DNA from: Rickettsiales bacterium | Lineage (GTDB): Bacteria; Pseudomonadota; Alphaproteobacteria; Rs-D84; CACZYB01 | Assembly (NCBI GenBank): GCA_031263095.1 | Contig: JAISGI010000036.1 | Coordinates: 1 to 62,581, forward strand | DNA length: 62,581 nt | Direction: 5' to 3' | Part shown: positions 9,262 to 17,387 of the stretch, in pieces | How the letters are laid out: every line of letters starts with the position of its first letter | Numbering within the stretch: the first letter of the stretch is position 1 | Notes under the pieces: generated by a model | The model's database searches: none | What the model was told of the DNA's origin: nothing | Seen by the model: the letters and a program-made list of their open reading frames with translations, nothing else | Made by a program: the position numbers and the translations under genes

Positions 9262-10272
9262 CTATTTTATTGTGGCGGCAAGCGCAACAGCGGTGTCGCA
9301 CATGCGGTTGGAAAATCCCCACTCGTTGTCATACCACGATACGACGCGCACAAAATTCCCCTCGATGACCTTGGTCTCGTTTAGGTCGAAAGTGGACGAC
9401 GCCGGATTGTGGATATAGTCGGACGAGACCAGAGGCTTGTCGTTGACCTCGAGGATTCCCTTGAACCGCGGAGTTTTCGACGCCGCGACGATTGCCGCAT
9501 TGACCTCTTCTTCGGTCACGTTCTTTTTCGCCACGAACTTGAAATCGACAAGCGAGACATCCATGGTCGGCACGCGCGTGGACGCGCCGTCAAGCTTGCC
9601 TTTAAGCTCGGGTACAACCTCGCCGATGGCCTTCGCCGCACCGGTCGAGGTCGGAATAATGTTGCACGCCGCCGCACGCGCGCGGTACGGGTCTTTGTGG
9701 AAAGTGTCGACCGTGCGCTGGTCTCCGGTATAGGAGTGGATGGTCGTCATGTACCCATGCGAAATTCCGAACGCTTCGTTCAGCACATATACTACCGGCG
9801 CCAAGCAGTTGGTAGTGCACGACGCATTCGACACGACAAGGTGCTCGGACGTAAGCTTGGTGTGGTTCACGCCATAGACGACGGTCAGATCTGCACCCTT
9901 CGAAGGAGCCGACACAAGCACGCGCTTCGCCCCGGCGGTCAGATGGACAAGAGCTTTTTCCTTGTCGGTGAAAATGCCGGTACACTCGAAAACTATATCT
10001 ACGCCAAGGTCTTTCCAAGGCAAAGTGGTCGGATCCTTGATGGCAAGCATTTTGGGCGACTGCCCGCCGACGACAAGCTTGTCTCCCTCGATTTTGACCG
10101 GAAATGGAAGCTTGCGGTGCACGGTGTCGTACTCCAAAAGCATGGCGTTCGCCTCGGGCGTGGCAAGGTCGTTGATTGCCACGACCTCGATGTCCTTGCG
10201 CCCGGATTCGAGGAGCGCGCGGAAAGTAAGACGCCCGATTCGGCCAAAGCCGTTGATTGCTACTTTTACCAT
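9262..10272 (-). CDS. gap: type I glyceraldehyde-3-phosphate dehydrogenase
   Basis: VKVAINGFGRIGR, the active-site segment SNASCTTNCLAP, and WYDNEWGFS. Confidence 0.96.
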   Translation of the reverse strand: MVKVAINGFGRIGRLTFRALLESGRKDIEVVAINDLATPEANAMLLEYDTVHRKLPFPVKIEGDKLVVGGQSPKMLAIKDPTTLPWKDLGVDIVFECTGIFTDKEKALVHLTAGAKRVLVSAPSKGADLTVVYGVNHTKLTSEHLVVSNASCTTNCLAPVVYVLNEAFGISHGYMTTIHSYTGDQRTVDTFHKDPYRARAAACNIIPTSTGAAKAIGEVVPELKGKLDGASTRVPTMDVSLVDFKFVAKKNVTEEEVNAAIVAASKTPRFKGILEVNDKPLVSSDYIHNPASSTFDLNETKVIEGNFVRVVSWYDNEWGFSNRMCDTAVALAATIK

Positions 10273-10351
10273 GGTGATAATTCCTTTCGTTTGGTTCAGG
10301 TTCGCAAAGAATTATAGCCGACGGCCCGCCCCTTTTCAAGAAGAATTTATG

Positions 10352-11338
10352 TCAGAGGGAACGCCGCAAAAAGAGTATCGTCTCCTCCATATCCTTGGGC
10401 ATCGGCGCCTCGAACTCGAGAGCGACGCCACGCGTAGGATGGATAAAGGCAATGTTCTTGCTGTGCAGCATTTGCCGGCGCAACGAGCCGAGATAATGCT
10501 TTGCGTCCCGGTTCCCGGTCATGTTCATGTACTTGGCCGTGTCCCCGTACATCGCGTCGCCCAGAAGCGGAAAGCCGGAATATTTCATGTGCACGCGTAT
10601 CTGGTGCGTCCGCCCAGTCTCGAGGTTGCACTGGAGCATGGAAATCGGCGGCACCCTCTCACCTTTGAATACCTCGAGAGTCTTATAGCGCGTGATAGCT
10701 TCCTTGCCACCCTCGGTCACCACGCGCATTTCCTGATGAAAACGCGGACTGCGCGCGATATTTTTCTTGATTACGCCAGCCGCAGGCTTGGCCTCGCTCC
10801 ACGCAAGGGCTATATAGTCGCGTCGTACCGCATGAGTTTCGAATTGCCTATACATGGCTATATGCGCAGCATCGGTTTTGCACGCAAGCATGGCACCAGA
10901 AGTATCCTTGTCAAGCCGATGGACAATGCCCGGCCGACCCGCCTCCATGCCGATTGAGGAAAGCTTCCCGCCGGTATGATAAAGCAATGCGTTCACAAGC
11001 GTCCCGTCCTCGACACCCGCCCCACGATGCACGACCATCCCCGCAGCTTTATTCAGAACTATAATATCGTCATCCTCGTAAAGTATGTCAAGCGGCAGGT
11101 CTTGCGGCACCGGCGGCTTGTCCGAAGCGCGCGGAACAATAGTAAGGGTGAATGTATCGCCTGCGGCAATCTTCTTGCTGTTGTCGGCAACTACTTCCTC
11201 GTCCGCGTCAAGCAGATAACCCTCTTTCACAAGCTTTTGCAACCGCGAACGCGACACATTTGGAACAGCCGTCGCAAGCCATTTGTCAAGCCGCTCCCCC
11301 GCCGCTTCGACGGGCACTGTAAGGTTCAAGGTTTCCAT
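10352..11338 (-). CDS. rluD: 23S rRNA pseudouridine synthase, RluA family (RluD-like)
   Basis: N-terminal S4-like domain, the catalytic motif HRLDKDTSG, and TGRTHQIRVH. Confidence 0.85.
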   Translation of the reverse strand: METLNLTVPVEAAGERLDKWLATAVPNVSRSRLQKLVKEGYLLDADEEVVADNSKKIAAGDTFTLTIVPRASDKPPVPQDLPLDILYEDDDIIVLNKAAGMVVHRGAGVEDGTLVNALLYHTGGKLSSIGMEAGRPGIVHRLDKDTSGAMLACKTDAAHIAMYRQFETHAVRRDYIALAWSEAKPAAGVIKKNIARSPRFHQEMRVVTEGGKEAITRYKTLEVFKGERVPPISMLQCNLETGRTHQIRVHMKYSGFPLLGDAMYGDTAKYMNMTGNRDAKHYLGSLRRQMLHSKNIAFIHPTRGVALEFEAPMPKDMEETILFLRRSL

Positions 11339-11959
11339 CTACTTCATCGGCTCTACATAATCGACCACAGGCACTACCTCGGTTCCCGCCTGATTCTCAT
11401 ACTCAAGGACAACCGCGCCCGGAACTTTCGGCTCCTCCGCAACCGGCACAGCGGCGGGTTTCGCAGCCGGGGGATTGGGGGAAATCACATCCGAAACCGA
11501 GCTTCCCGCCTGGCTCGCACCCGTGCGCAAAACCGCCTTGTTCCCGGCGGCCGTTAGCTCCTTCTTCTTGCATTCCTGAATTACAACCTCAAGTTTAGGC
11601 ACGACCGAATTCGGCACCGCACCGGAAATCTTGACCGGACACATCATATAACCCTCAAGCACCGCATTCTTGGGCACGAACTCCCACCTCGGCCGCGTGA
11701 TATAGCCAAGCCGGATTTCCGTCGGCGGCTCAAGACAATAAAGGGTAAGTATATTCTTGCCCGTCTGGGTCTCGTAATACTCGTTCGAATTCTGGGAATA
11801 GCATGGGAAAGCGGTAAGGTAAAACCCGCGCGTGATGTTCTGCGCGTCGGTCGAGTTCACGAATACGCGGTAAGTCTGGTCCGACACACCGAACTGCTTG
11901 ACCCACAAGGCACGGGCGGGCAATGAGGCCAAAAGCAGTATAAATACGAACTTTTTCAT
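11339..11959 (-). CDS. secreted hypothetical protein
   Basis: Signal peptide MKKFVFILLLASLPARA. No domain that I can name. Confidence 0.6.
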   Translation of the reverse strand: MKKFVFILLLASLPARALWVKQFGVSDQTYRVFVNSTDAQNITRGFYLTAFPCYSQNSNEYYETQTGKNILTLYCLEPPTEIRLGYITRPRWEFVPKNAVLEGYMMCPVKISGAVPNSVVPKLEVVIQECKKKELTAAGNKAVLRTGASQAGSSVSDVISPNPPAAKPAAVPVAEEPKVPGAVVLEYENQAGTEVVPVVDYVEPMK

Positions 11960-12001
11960 AAATCCATTATGGAATAAACCCAGCTTGCTGTCAAGAAGTT
12001 G

Positions 12002-12030
12002 TTGACCCCGCCCCGGCTTCGTGGTATAAT
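12002..12030 (+). promoter_or_regulatory. sigma70-type promoter of A2 (-35 TTGACC, 17-nt spacer, extended -10 TGgTATAAT)
   Basis: TTGACC at 12002-12007 and TATAAT at 12025-12030. AGTCTAAC follows 5 nt later, as it does in the other cassette copies. Confidence 0.7.
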
Positions 12031-12057
12031 GCCAAAGTCTAACAAAAGGAGAAGACT

Positions 12058-12673
12058 ATGAACAAAAATCGTACGGGGGGGGGCAAATAAGTATTTAGCT
12101 ACTGCGCTTCTCCTGATTTCCGCCAACCACGCAAACTCCACCAATTATTATACATGTACAAGCTGCGGCGAGAACCGCCTGTTCACACTGGCCGAGGCGA
12201 CAAAATGCCTTGGCGCCGACACCTCCGGCAAATGGGAAAAGATTGTCGAGGCGGAGAACGACCTGGCAAACTCCGGCAAATACAACCGGACAGGAACTCT
12301 CCCGGCGGGAATTTACCGGCTCGAGTCATACAACCGACATTACGGCCTCGGCTCGGCCACGATACAGATTTCCGGCACGAAATACTATGGCATAAACAAC
12401 TCCATTCATCAGGATACGGCAAGGATAGACATAATGAATTCCGCGGTCGCAACCGGAAACGATAGACCGGAGCATAGCGCTTTCAACTGCTCGGTGGATA
12501 TTCCGGCATATTACACTGACGGCCATTGCAACGACGCAGGCATAGCCGAGGCCGACCTTGCCAAACACAATATAAACATAGATTGGAACACTTGGCGCCA
12601 AGTACCCGGCATAACTGCCGCCAATACCGAGACCTGCCTCGGCTGCGCCGCGATTTATAGGTGGAAAGAATAA
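12058..12673 (+). CDS. family-A small secreted Cys-containing protein, copy A2; phase-variable, OFF at G9
   Basis: ATG AAC AAA AAT CGT ACG-G9 reads MNKNRTGGGK-stop. At G8 or G11 it reads MNKNRTGGANKYLATALLLISANHANSTNYYTCTSC... through to ...CAAIYRWKE. The downstream frame is open from the tract to 12673, and track ORF 12434..12673 is its tail. Confidence 0.75.
12075..12083 (+). repeat. poly-G tract G9 in the 5' codons of A2
   Basis: Counted directly. Confidence 0.95.
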
Positions 12674-12681
12674 GGTTTGTC

Positions 12682-12718
12682 AGGGGGCGGAATTTTTCTC
12701 TTTCCCGCCCCCAATTTT
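12682..12718 (+). terminator. terminator after A2, immediately upstream of the A3 promoter
   Basis: GGGGGCGG-N14-CCGCCCCC followed by AATTTTT. The extended -10 TGaTATAAT follows at 12721-12729. Confidence 0.65.
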
Positions 12719-12760
12719 TGTGATATAATAGTATAGTCTAACCAAAGGAGAAAGACAATA

Positions 12761-13304
12761 ATGTTATATATGAACAAAAAGTGTACGGGGGGGGGCAAAT
12801 AAGTATCTGGCTTTAGCGCTTCTCCTAATATCGACTAACTCTCAATCTTCAAATTATTATACTTGTACCAATTGCCTAGTGCCCGAGCTGTGCGCCACAG
12901 GAGCTACGGCCGACTTCGCCAAGTATGATAAAGCGCTGAGCAGGGACGAAGCCGCCGCCGCATTCGGCACTCCGGCCAAGACGCGCTGGCAACTCGTCGC
13001 AAGCGGCAACGTCGATTCCCAACCCTATTCTATATCCTCATCCGGGGTGTATAGGATAACTGAGCGATGGTCCACCGGATTCCAGCCAAACGAATATCGC
13101 GATTCGTTCGCTTTCGCGCTCTCTTCCTCCGACGGTCAAGTAAAAATGGAGGGATGCCCACAAGTGAATCAAGGCAACGCACTTATTAGCCTCTGCAACG
13201 GCCAAGGCTCGCAAGTGCCGGGGATTTCAGACCAAGACATCGACGCCGAACTCCCACCATTTTCAGGAAGCGGATACAAATGGCAGCTATACAGGTTGCA
13301 ATAA
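12761..13304 (+). CDS. family-A small secreted Cys-containing protein, copy A3; phase-variable, OFF at G9
   Basis: ATG TTA TAT ATG AAC AAA AAG TGT ACG-G9 reads ...CTGGGK-stop. At G8 it reads ..TGGANKYLALALLLISTNSQSSNYYTCTNCLVPELCATG... through to YKWQLYRLQ, which is track ORF 12879..13304. Confidence 0.75.
12787..12795 (+). repeat. poly-G tract G9 in the 5' codons of A3
   Basis: Counted directly. Confidence 0.95.
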
Positions 13305-13313
13305 AAGACAGTG

Positions 13314-13360
13314 TGCCCGGCTGCACCGCAGTTTATAGGTGGAAAAGCCAAGGTTTCACC
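13314..13360 (+). pseudogene. orphan 3'-end remnant of an A2-like gene
   Basis: TGCCCGGCTGCACCGCAGTTTATAGGTGGAAAAGCCAAGGTTTCACC aligns with the A2 3' end at 12635-12682 (TGCCTCGGCTGCGCCGCGATTTATAGGTGGAAAGAATAAGGTTTGTCA), with a 1-nt indel. Confidence 0.6.
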
Positions 13361-13373
13361 TATATAAAAACCG

Positions 13374-13456
13374 AAAAACTCCGACGGCATGTACGGCGGA
13401 GTTTTTCTCATTCTTCCAATTGAAAAAGACGGACTACGCGAAGTATTTTTTAGTTG
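13374..13456. repeat. bipartite hairpin element, copy E2 (second hairpin degenerate)
   Basis: The first hairpin is AAAAACTCCG..CGGAGTTTTT and the linker is CTCATTCTTC. The second hairpin is CAATTGAAAAA-N17-ATTTTTTAGTTG. It overlaps the stop codon of the NUDIX gene. Confidence 0.6.
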
Positions 13457-13857
13457 CCCAGCACTCCATAGAAAGCCGCCTCTCCGATATCCGCCCAAGT
13501 GGCGTACTGACCCGAAAACACGCTCTCTATCATAGGTATTTCATCCATATCGTAAAAGGATTTATCTATAAATTCCGCCTCGAACATGAAGACTATCTCG
13601 TGCCCTTGCTTTCCCTCGAAAATGAACAGGCTCTCTTGCGCGCCAAGCTGCCTTCCGATGGTTATCTCCGCCCCGATTTCCTCCTTGAATTCGCGCGCAA
13701 GGGCGGCCCGCATAGGCTCCCCGAACTCGATTCCGCCGCCAAGCATACGGAAATATCGGCTGTTCTTTACCTTGTCTTCCCATATGTTGACAAGATACTT
13801 CCCATCCGCGCGTCTGATAGCCGCAACGACAATGGGTCGGATTGCATTTTCTATCAC
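13450..13857 (-). CDS. NUDIX hydrolase
   Basis: Nudix box GGGIEFGEPMRAALAREFKEEIG. Confidence 0.88.
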   Translation of the reverse strand: MIENAIRPIVVAAIRRADGKYLVNIWEDKVKNSRYFRMLGGGIEFGEPMRAALAREFKEEIGAEITIGRQLGAQESLFIFEGKQGHEIVFMFEAEFIDKSFYDMDEIPMIESVFSGQYATWADIGEAAFYGVLGN

Positions 13858-14495
13858 TATATCTTCTCGTCCGCCAAATCGACCGATAATTTTTCGATTT
13901 TATCCGAGAATTTGAGAATCTTGAACCGGAAGTACGCATCTTCACCGGGGCCAAGCACCTTGGTGTCGATTTCGCGCTCCTGCTCCTGCATGGGTCGCCG
14001 GTCGCGGTTGAGTAGCCGCACGATTATCTTCGGCACCGGCATCGCCTTCTCGGTAGGGTTGATGACTGAGCCGGTCACCATAATATAGTTGTTCATCCCC
14101 TCCTTGAAGAGCTCGGGATTCTTGTTCACCTCTACGTAAAGACGGGTGGTGTCGACTTTCTCCTCCTGCTTGCTGAATACGCCACGACTGGCTGCACCGC
14201 CGCCAGCAAGCTTGTCCACCGCAAGCGTGGCAAGCGCCACGAACGCAGACCCGATTAGGAAAAAGCCGAGGTTTTTAAGACTGAAAATCTTCGCTCCCGC
14301 ACGCGGCTCGGACGCTACGGCAAGACCAAGTCCACGAAGCAACTTGCTCCGCTCCATCTCTGCGGGCTTGTGGGAAACTGCCTCCTCGCGCGACCATACG
14401 AACTCGCACTCCGAACATTGGAAATCCTTGGAATCGTCAAGTAGCAGAGGATCAACGTCGAACTCGGCCTTGCACTTCGGACAGATGATTATCAT
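13857..14495 (-). CDS. MJ0042-type zinc-ribbon membrane protein (DUF3426-like)
   Basis: IIICPKCKAEFDVD...FQCSECEFVW, then a transmembrane segment and a C-terminal beta-rich domain. Confidence 0.75.
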   Translation of the reverse strand: MIIICPKCKAEFDVDPLLLDDSKDFQCSECEFVWSREEAVSHKPAEMERSKLLRGLGLAVASEPRAGAKIFSLKNLGFFLIGSAFVALATLAVDKLAGGGAASRGVFSKQEEKVDTTRLYVEVNKNPELFKEGMNNYIMVTGSVINPTEKAMPVPKIIVRLLNRDRRPMQEQEREIDTKVLGPGEDAYFRFKILKFSDKIEKLSVDLADEKI

Positions 14496-14519
14496 TCCGA
14501 TTCTCCAAGGCCGCTACGG

Positions 14520-15683
14520 CTATTTTTCAAATACCCTGACTTCGTACGCGGGCACGTCGAGCGTGGTCGAAGTAAGCGCTACGCGCGAGGCAGGCAGGCC
14601 CATGTCGGCAAGAGCCTTGGTCACGCCTTTGACATGTTTCTGCGATTCGGCGGCAGACTTGCCACGCGGAGTCACACCAGAAACTTCGAACGTCGCGGAC
14701 GGATTGCGCTCAAGCGCGCGGGAAAGAGCCTGGTAAAGCGGCTCCTCGAATTCCACATCCGGCCTGTCGAACTTGATTGAAACAATGGGACGCGCCGAAC
14801 CGACAGAAGCCGCGCCAGCCGCAGGAGTCAAGGAAACGGGTCCACCCGCAGGACGCCGAAGTCCGACCGGGGAATCGCGCCGCGAAACCGGGGTCGAGGG
14901 CGCCGCCGAGGGATTATAGTCCCGCGCCGCATCCTCTACGAAAGCACCGTACGACTCGTCGCTCGAGAACATCGAGCCGCCGTCGGCGAAGAAGTCGCGG
15001 CTCGACCCGGCGCCGTAAAGCTTGCCGTTCTTGATGTTGAGGGCAAGGTCGTTGAGATTGGACTTTTCCCCGTCGACATAAGCCATCTGCCGCTCGGCTT
15101 CCTTGTCTGCCTGACGCGCGAAAGTGGCGATTTCCCCGCCAAGGGACTTGGCCTCTTCTTCAAGCGCGCGAAGCTGCTTGTGGTCGTCCTCGGTCGCGCC
15201 GCGGATTTTGTAGGACGCTTGGATTGAGCCGACCATGTAATCGACCATAGAGGTGTCCGATTCGATGTCTGCGACCAAACGCTTGATGTCGAAAGCAATC
15301 TCGTTTATGCGCTCAAGCTTGGAACGCGCGGAACGCCACTGATCCATAAGCTCGGGATTGCCGGGCGTCGTGCCCATCTGAAGCTTCGCGCTGATTTGCG
15401 CGACAGTGGTGCGATAGTCGGAAACCGCAGTGTTCGTCTCGGCCCGCATGGATTGCAAAGTCGAGCGCCGCCCTTCGATTACCGAGCGCATCTGCCCCTG
15501 CTCGGCCTTGAAGTTGGCGATTTTGTTCTTGACGAAAGTGCCGCCGAAAGCGCCCTCGCTCGCAGCCGGAGCGCTGGCCGCCGGCTTCGATGAAGCCTCG
15601 CTTCCGAACAAGGTGTCCGAAGTGCTCGAGCACGCGGCAAGTGCGAACGCCGCAATAAACATCGCTATTTTTTTCATTTTCAT
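14520..15683 (-). CDS. coiled-coil lipoprotein with a degenerate OmpA-like C-terminal domain
   Basis: Lipobox FALAAC, a long helical middle region, and the C-terminal segment FEVSGVTPRGKSAAESQKHVKGVTKALADMGLPASRV. Confidence 0.55.
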   Translation of the reverse strand: MKMKKIAMFIAAFALAACSSTSDTLFGSEASSKPAASAPAASEGAFGGTFVKNKIANFKAEQGQMRSVIEGRRSTLQSMRAETNTAVSDYRTTVAQISAKLQMGTTPGNPELMDQWRSARSKLERINEIAFDIKRLVADIESDTSMVDYMVGSIQASYKIRGATEDDHKQLRALEEEAKSLGGEIATFARQADKEAERQMAYVDGEKSNLNDLALNIKNGKLYGAGSSRDFFADGGSMFSSDESYGAFVEDAARDYNPSAAPSTPVSRRDSPVGLRRPAGGPVSLTPAAGAASVGSARPIVSIKFDRPDVEFEEPLYQALSRALERNPSATFEVSGVTPRGKSAAESQKHVKGVTKALADMGLPASRVALTSTTLDVPAYEVRVFEK

Positions 15684-15819
15684 TTGATAGCCCCTAATCT
15701 ATTGTTGCCCTGTAAATTTACAGATGTAGGCACTTTAGCACTTGTTTTGAATAATTTCAATAGAAAAATAAAAGGGAGGCGCGATTTGCACCTCCCTGCA
15801 CTAACGCGGCTTCCGAACT

Positions 15820-16443
15820 TTAGAATGCATAGCGCAAGCCGACCTCCGCTACGCTCTTCCTGATCTTCATGTCGTCGGCGCCGGACTGCGAGGCGCTTCC
15901 CTTGGTGTCGAGGAATTTGTATGCTATATCGACGTTCAAGTTCTCAGATACGTCGAAGGCAAGCCCGGCCATTACGCTCCACGCGAACTTGGCTCCGTGA
16001 GCCACTTCGTCGCTGGCTTCAAACACTACGTTCCCGCTCGCATCATCGGTTTCCGTGACGTCGAGCTTCATATATGTGTCGACCAAGCCAAGCCCTATGC
16101 CTATGAACGGAGTGAAATTGAGCCCTGTCGGAATGTCCCAGTACCCGTTCACCATATAGGACAGATAGTGTGCCTTGAACTTGTCCTGCTCGTTCGTCGT
16201 CCCGTCGTCGTACGAGTAGGTATTGCTGGTGGTGAAGCCGTACCCAAACTCGAACTCGCTCCTGAACTCGCCCGTCTTGACGCCATAGGCAATGCTTATG
16301 CCAAGGTCATCAAGCCTGATGGGCTGGTCGCCATACCTGGCCCAATTATAAGGCAGGCGCGCGCCGACATACTGTTTCACTTCGGCCGAAACCGCAGTGG
16401 AAAAGAACGCCGCCGCAAACGCTATAAGGGATAGTTTCTTCAT
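15820..16443 (-). CDS. outer-membrane beta-barrel protein (OmpA-barrel / opacity-like family)
   Basis: Signal peptide MKKLSLIAFAAAFFSTAVSA, alternating beta-strand pattern, C-terminal ..GLRYAF. Confidence 0.75.
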   Translation of the reverse strand: MKKLSLIAFAAAFFSTAVSAEVKQYVGARLPYNWARYGDQPIRLDDLGISIAYGVKTGEFRSEFEFGYGFTTSNTYSYDDGTTNEQDKFKAHYLSYMVNGYWDIPTGLNFTPFIGIGLGLVDTYMKLDVTETDDASGNVVFEASDEVAHGAKFAWSVMAGLAFDVSENLNVDIAYKFLDTKGSASQSGADDMKIRKSVAEVGLRYAF

Positions 16444-16564
16444 CTTCCTTCCTTTCTTTTTTGTGTCCAAACGCCGTCGGCGCCGGAATAAATTGTAGCG
16501 TTTCAAGGCCGCATTGCCAAGTAGAACATAAGCCTAGGACGCACCGCCTACCACAAAAATCAAA

Positions 16565-16644
16565 GCGAAGAAATCCCGCGGTCTCCGTGGGATTTCTTCT
16601 CACTATTCCAATTGAAAAAGCCGCTTGCGGATTTTTCAATTGAG
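16565..16644. repeat. bipartite hairpin element, copy E3
   Basis: The first hairpin is GAAGAAATCCCGCGG-tct-CCGTGGGATTTCTTC and the linker is TCACTATTC. The second hairpin is CAATTGAAAAA-gccgcttgcgg-ATTTTTCAATTG. Its right arm carries the A4 codons CTC AAT TGA. It is roughly 80 percent identical by eye to E4, in direct orientation. Confidence 0.8.
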
Positions 16645-17212
16645 TTTATACAGTGCTCCATACGCCGCATTCCCAACCTGAAAGTCCGCCTTGCTTATAT
16701 TGGGAACGTTGATTATATCGGAAGTTGCACGCGCCTGCACGAGCATGTTATAGCCTCCTTTGCCCGTTTCGTATATCCAGGAATTGTATCCATAACCAGT
16801 AGAATCTTGGAAATAGTGCAATATGAGAGAATTGACCGGATTTTCAAGCACGACTCCCTCTATATGGAAATTGGAACCGTCTATTGTCGAGACAAGCATG
16901 TATATCCCGGGCGCGATGTCCGGAATGTCCATTCTGCCAAGCGCGCCTATATCCTTTTTATTCTCGCGAACTTTCGTCCATCTGGAAAAGGCCGGACTGC
17001 CAAGACAATCCGTGAACTCCTCAATGCTAAGCACGGCATTGAGCTTGCAGTCCGCGCTGCGTCCAGCATTGACACAAGCCCCCGGCACGGCGCAAGCTGT
17101 GCAGGTATAATAATTAGATGATTGAGAGTTGTTGGCAGATAGTAGGAGAAGCGTTGCGAGTACTATTACTCTATTTGCCCCCCCCCGTACGCTTTTTGTT
17201 CATATATGTCAT
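16636..17212 (-). CDS. family-A small secreted Cys-containing protein, copy A4; phase-variable, OFF at G9
   Basis: ATG ACA TAT ATG AAC AAA AAG CGT ACG-G9 reads ..RTGGGK-stop. At G8 it reads ..TGGANRVIVLATLLLLSANNSQSSNYYTCTACAVPGAC... through to GALYKLN, which is track ORF 16636..17088. Confidence 0.75.
17178..17186 (-). repeat. poly-G tract (G9 on the coding strand) in the 5' codons of A4
   Basis: C9 counted on the + strand. Confidence 0.95.
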
Positions 17213-17308
17213 TATTGTCTTTCTCCTTTGGTTAGACTTATATATTATACCGCATTATAAAGATAAAAGAAAGTAAAAATTCAGATTTTGCCCAGCCAAA
17301 CATAAAAA

Positions 17309-17387
17309 GCGAAAAAATCCCGCGGTCTCCGTGGGATTTTTTCACATATTTCCAATCGAAAAAGAGCTTAGCGACTTTTCGATTGAG
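17309..17387. repeat. bipartite hairpin element, copy E4
   Basis: The first hairpin is GAAAAAATCCCGCGG-tct-CCGTGGGATTTTTTC and the linker is ACATATTTC. The second hairpin is CAATCGAAAAAG-N9-CTTTTCGATTG. It starts directly after the rlpA stop codon. Confidence 0.8.

Noticed and set aside
16609-16642. The CAATTGAAAA palindromes as integron attC sites.
   Set aside because: There is no RYYYAAC/GTTRRRY core pair and no integrase in the window. The elements also follow ordinary chromosomal genes such as rlpA, the NUDIX gene and an OMP gene.
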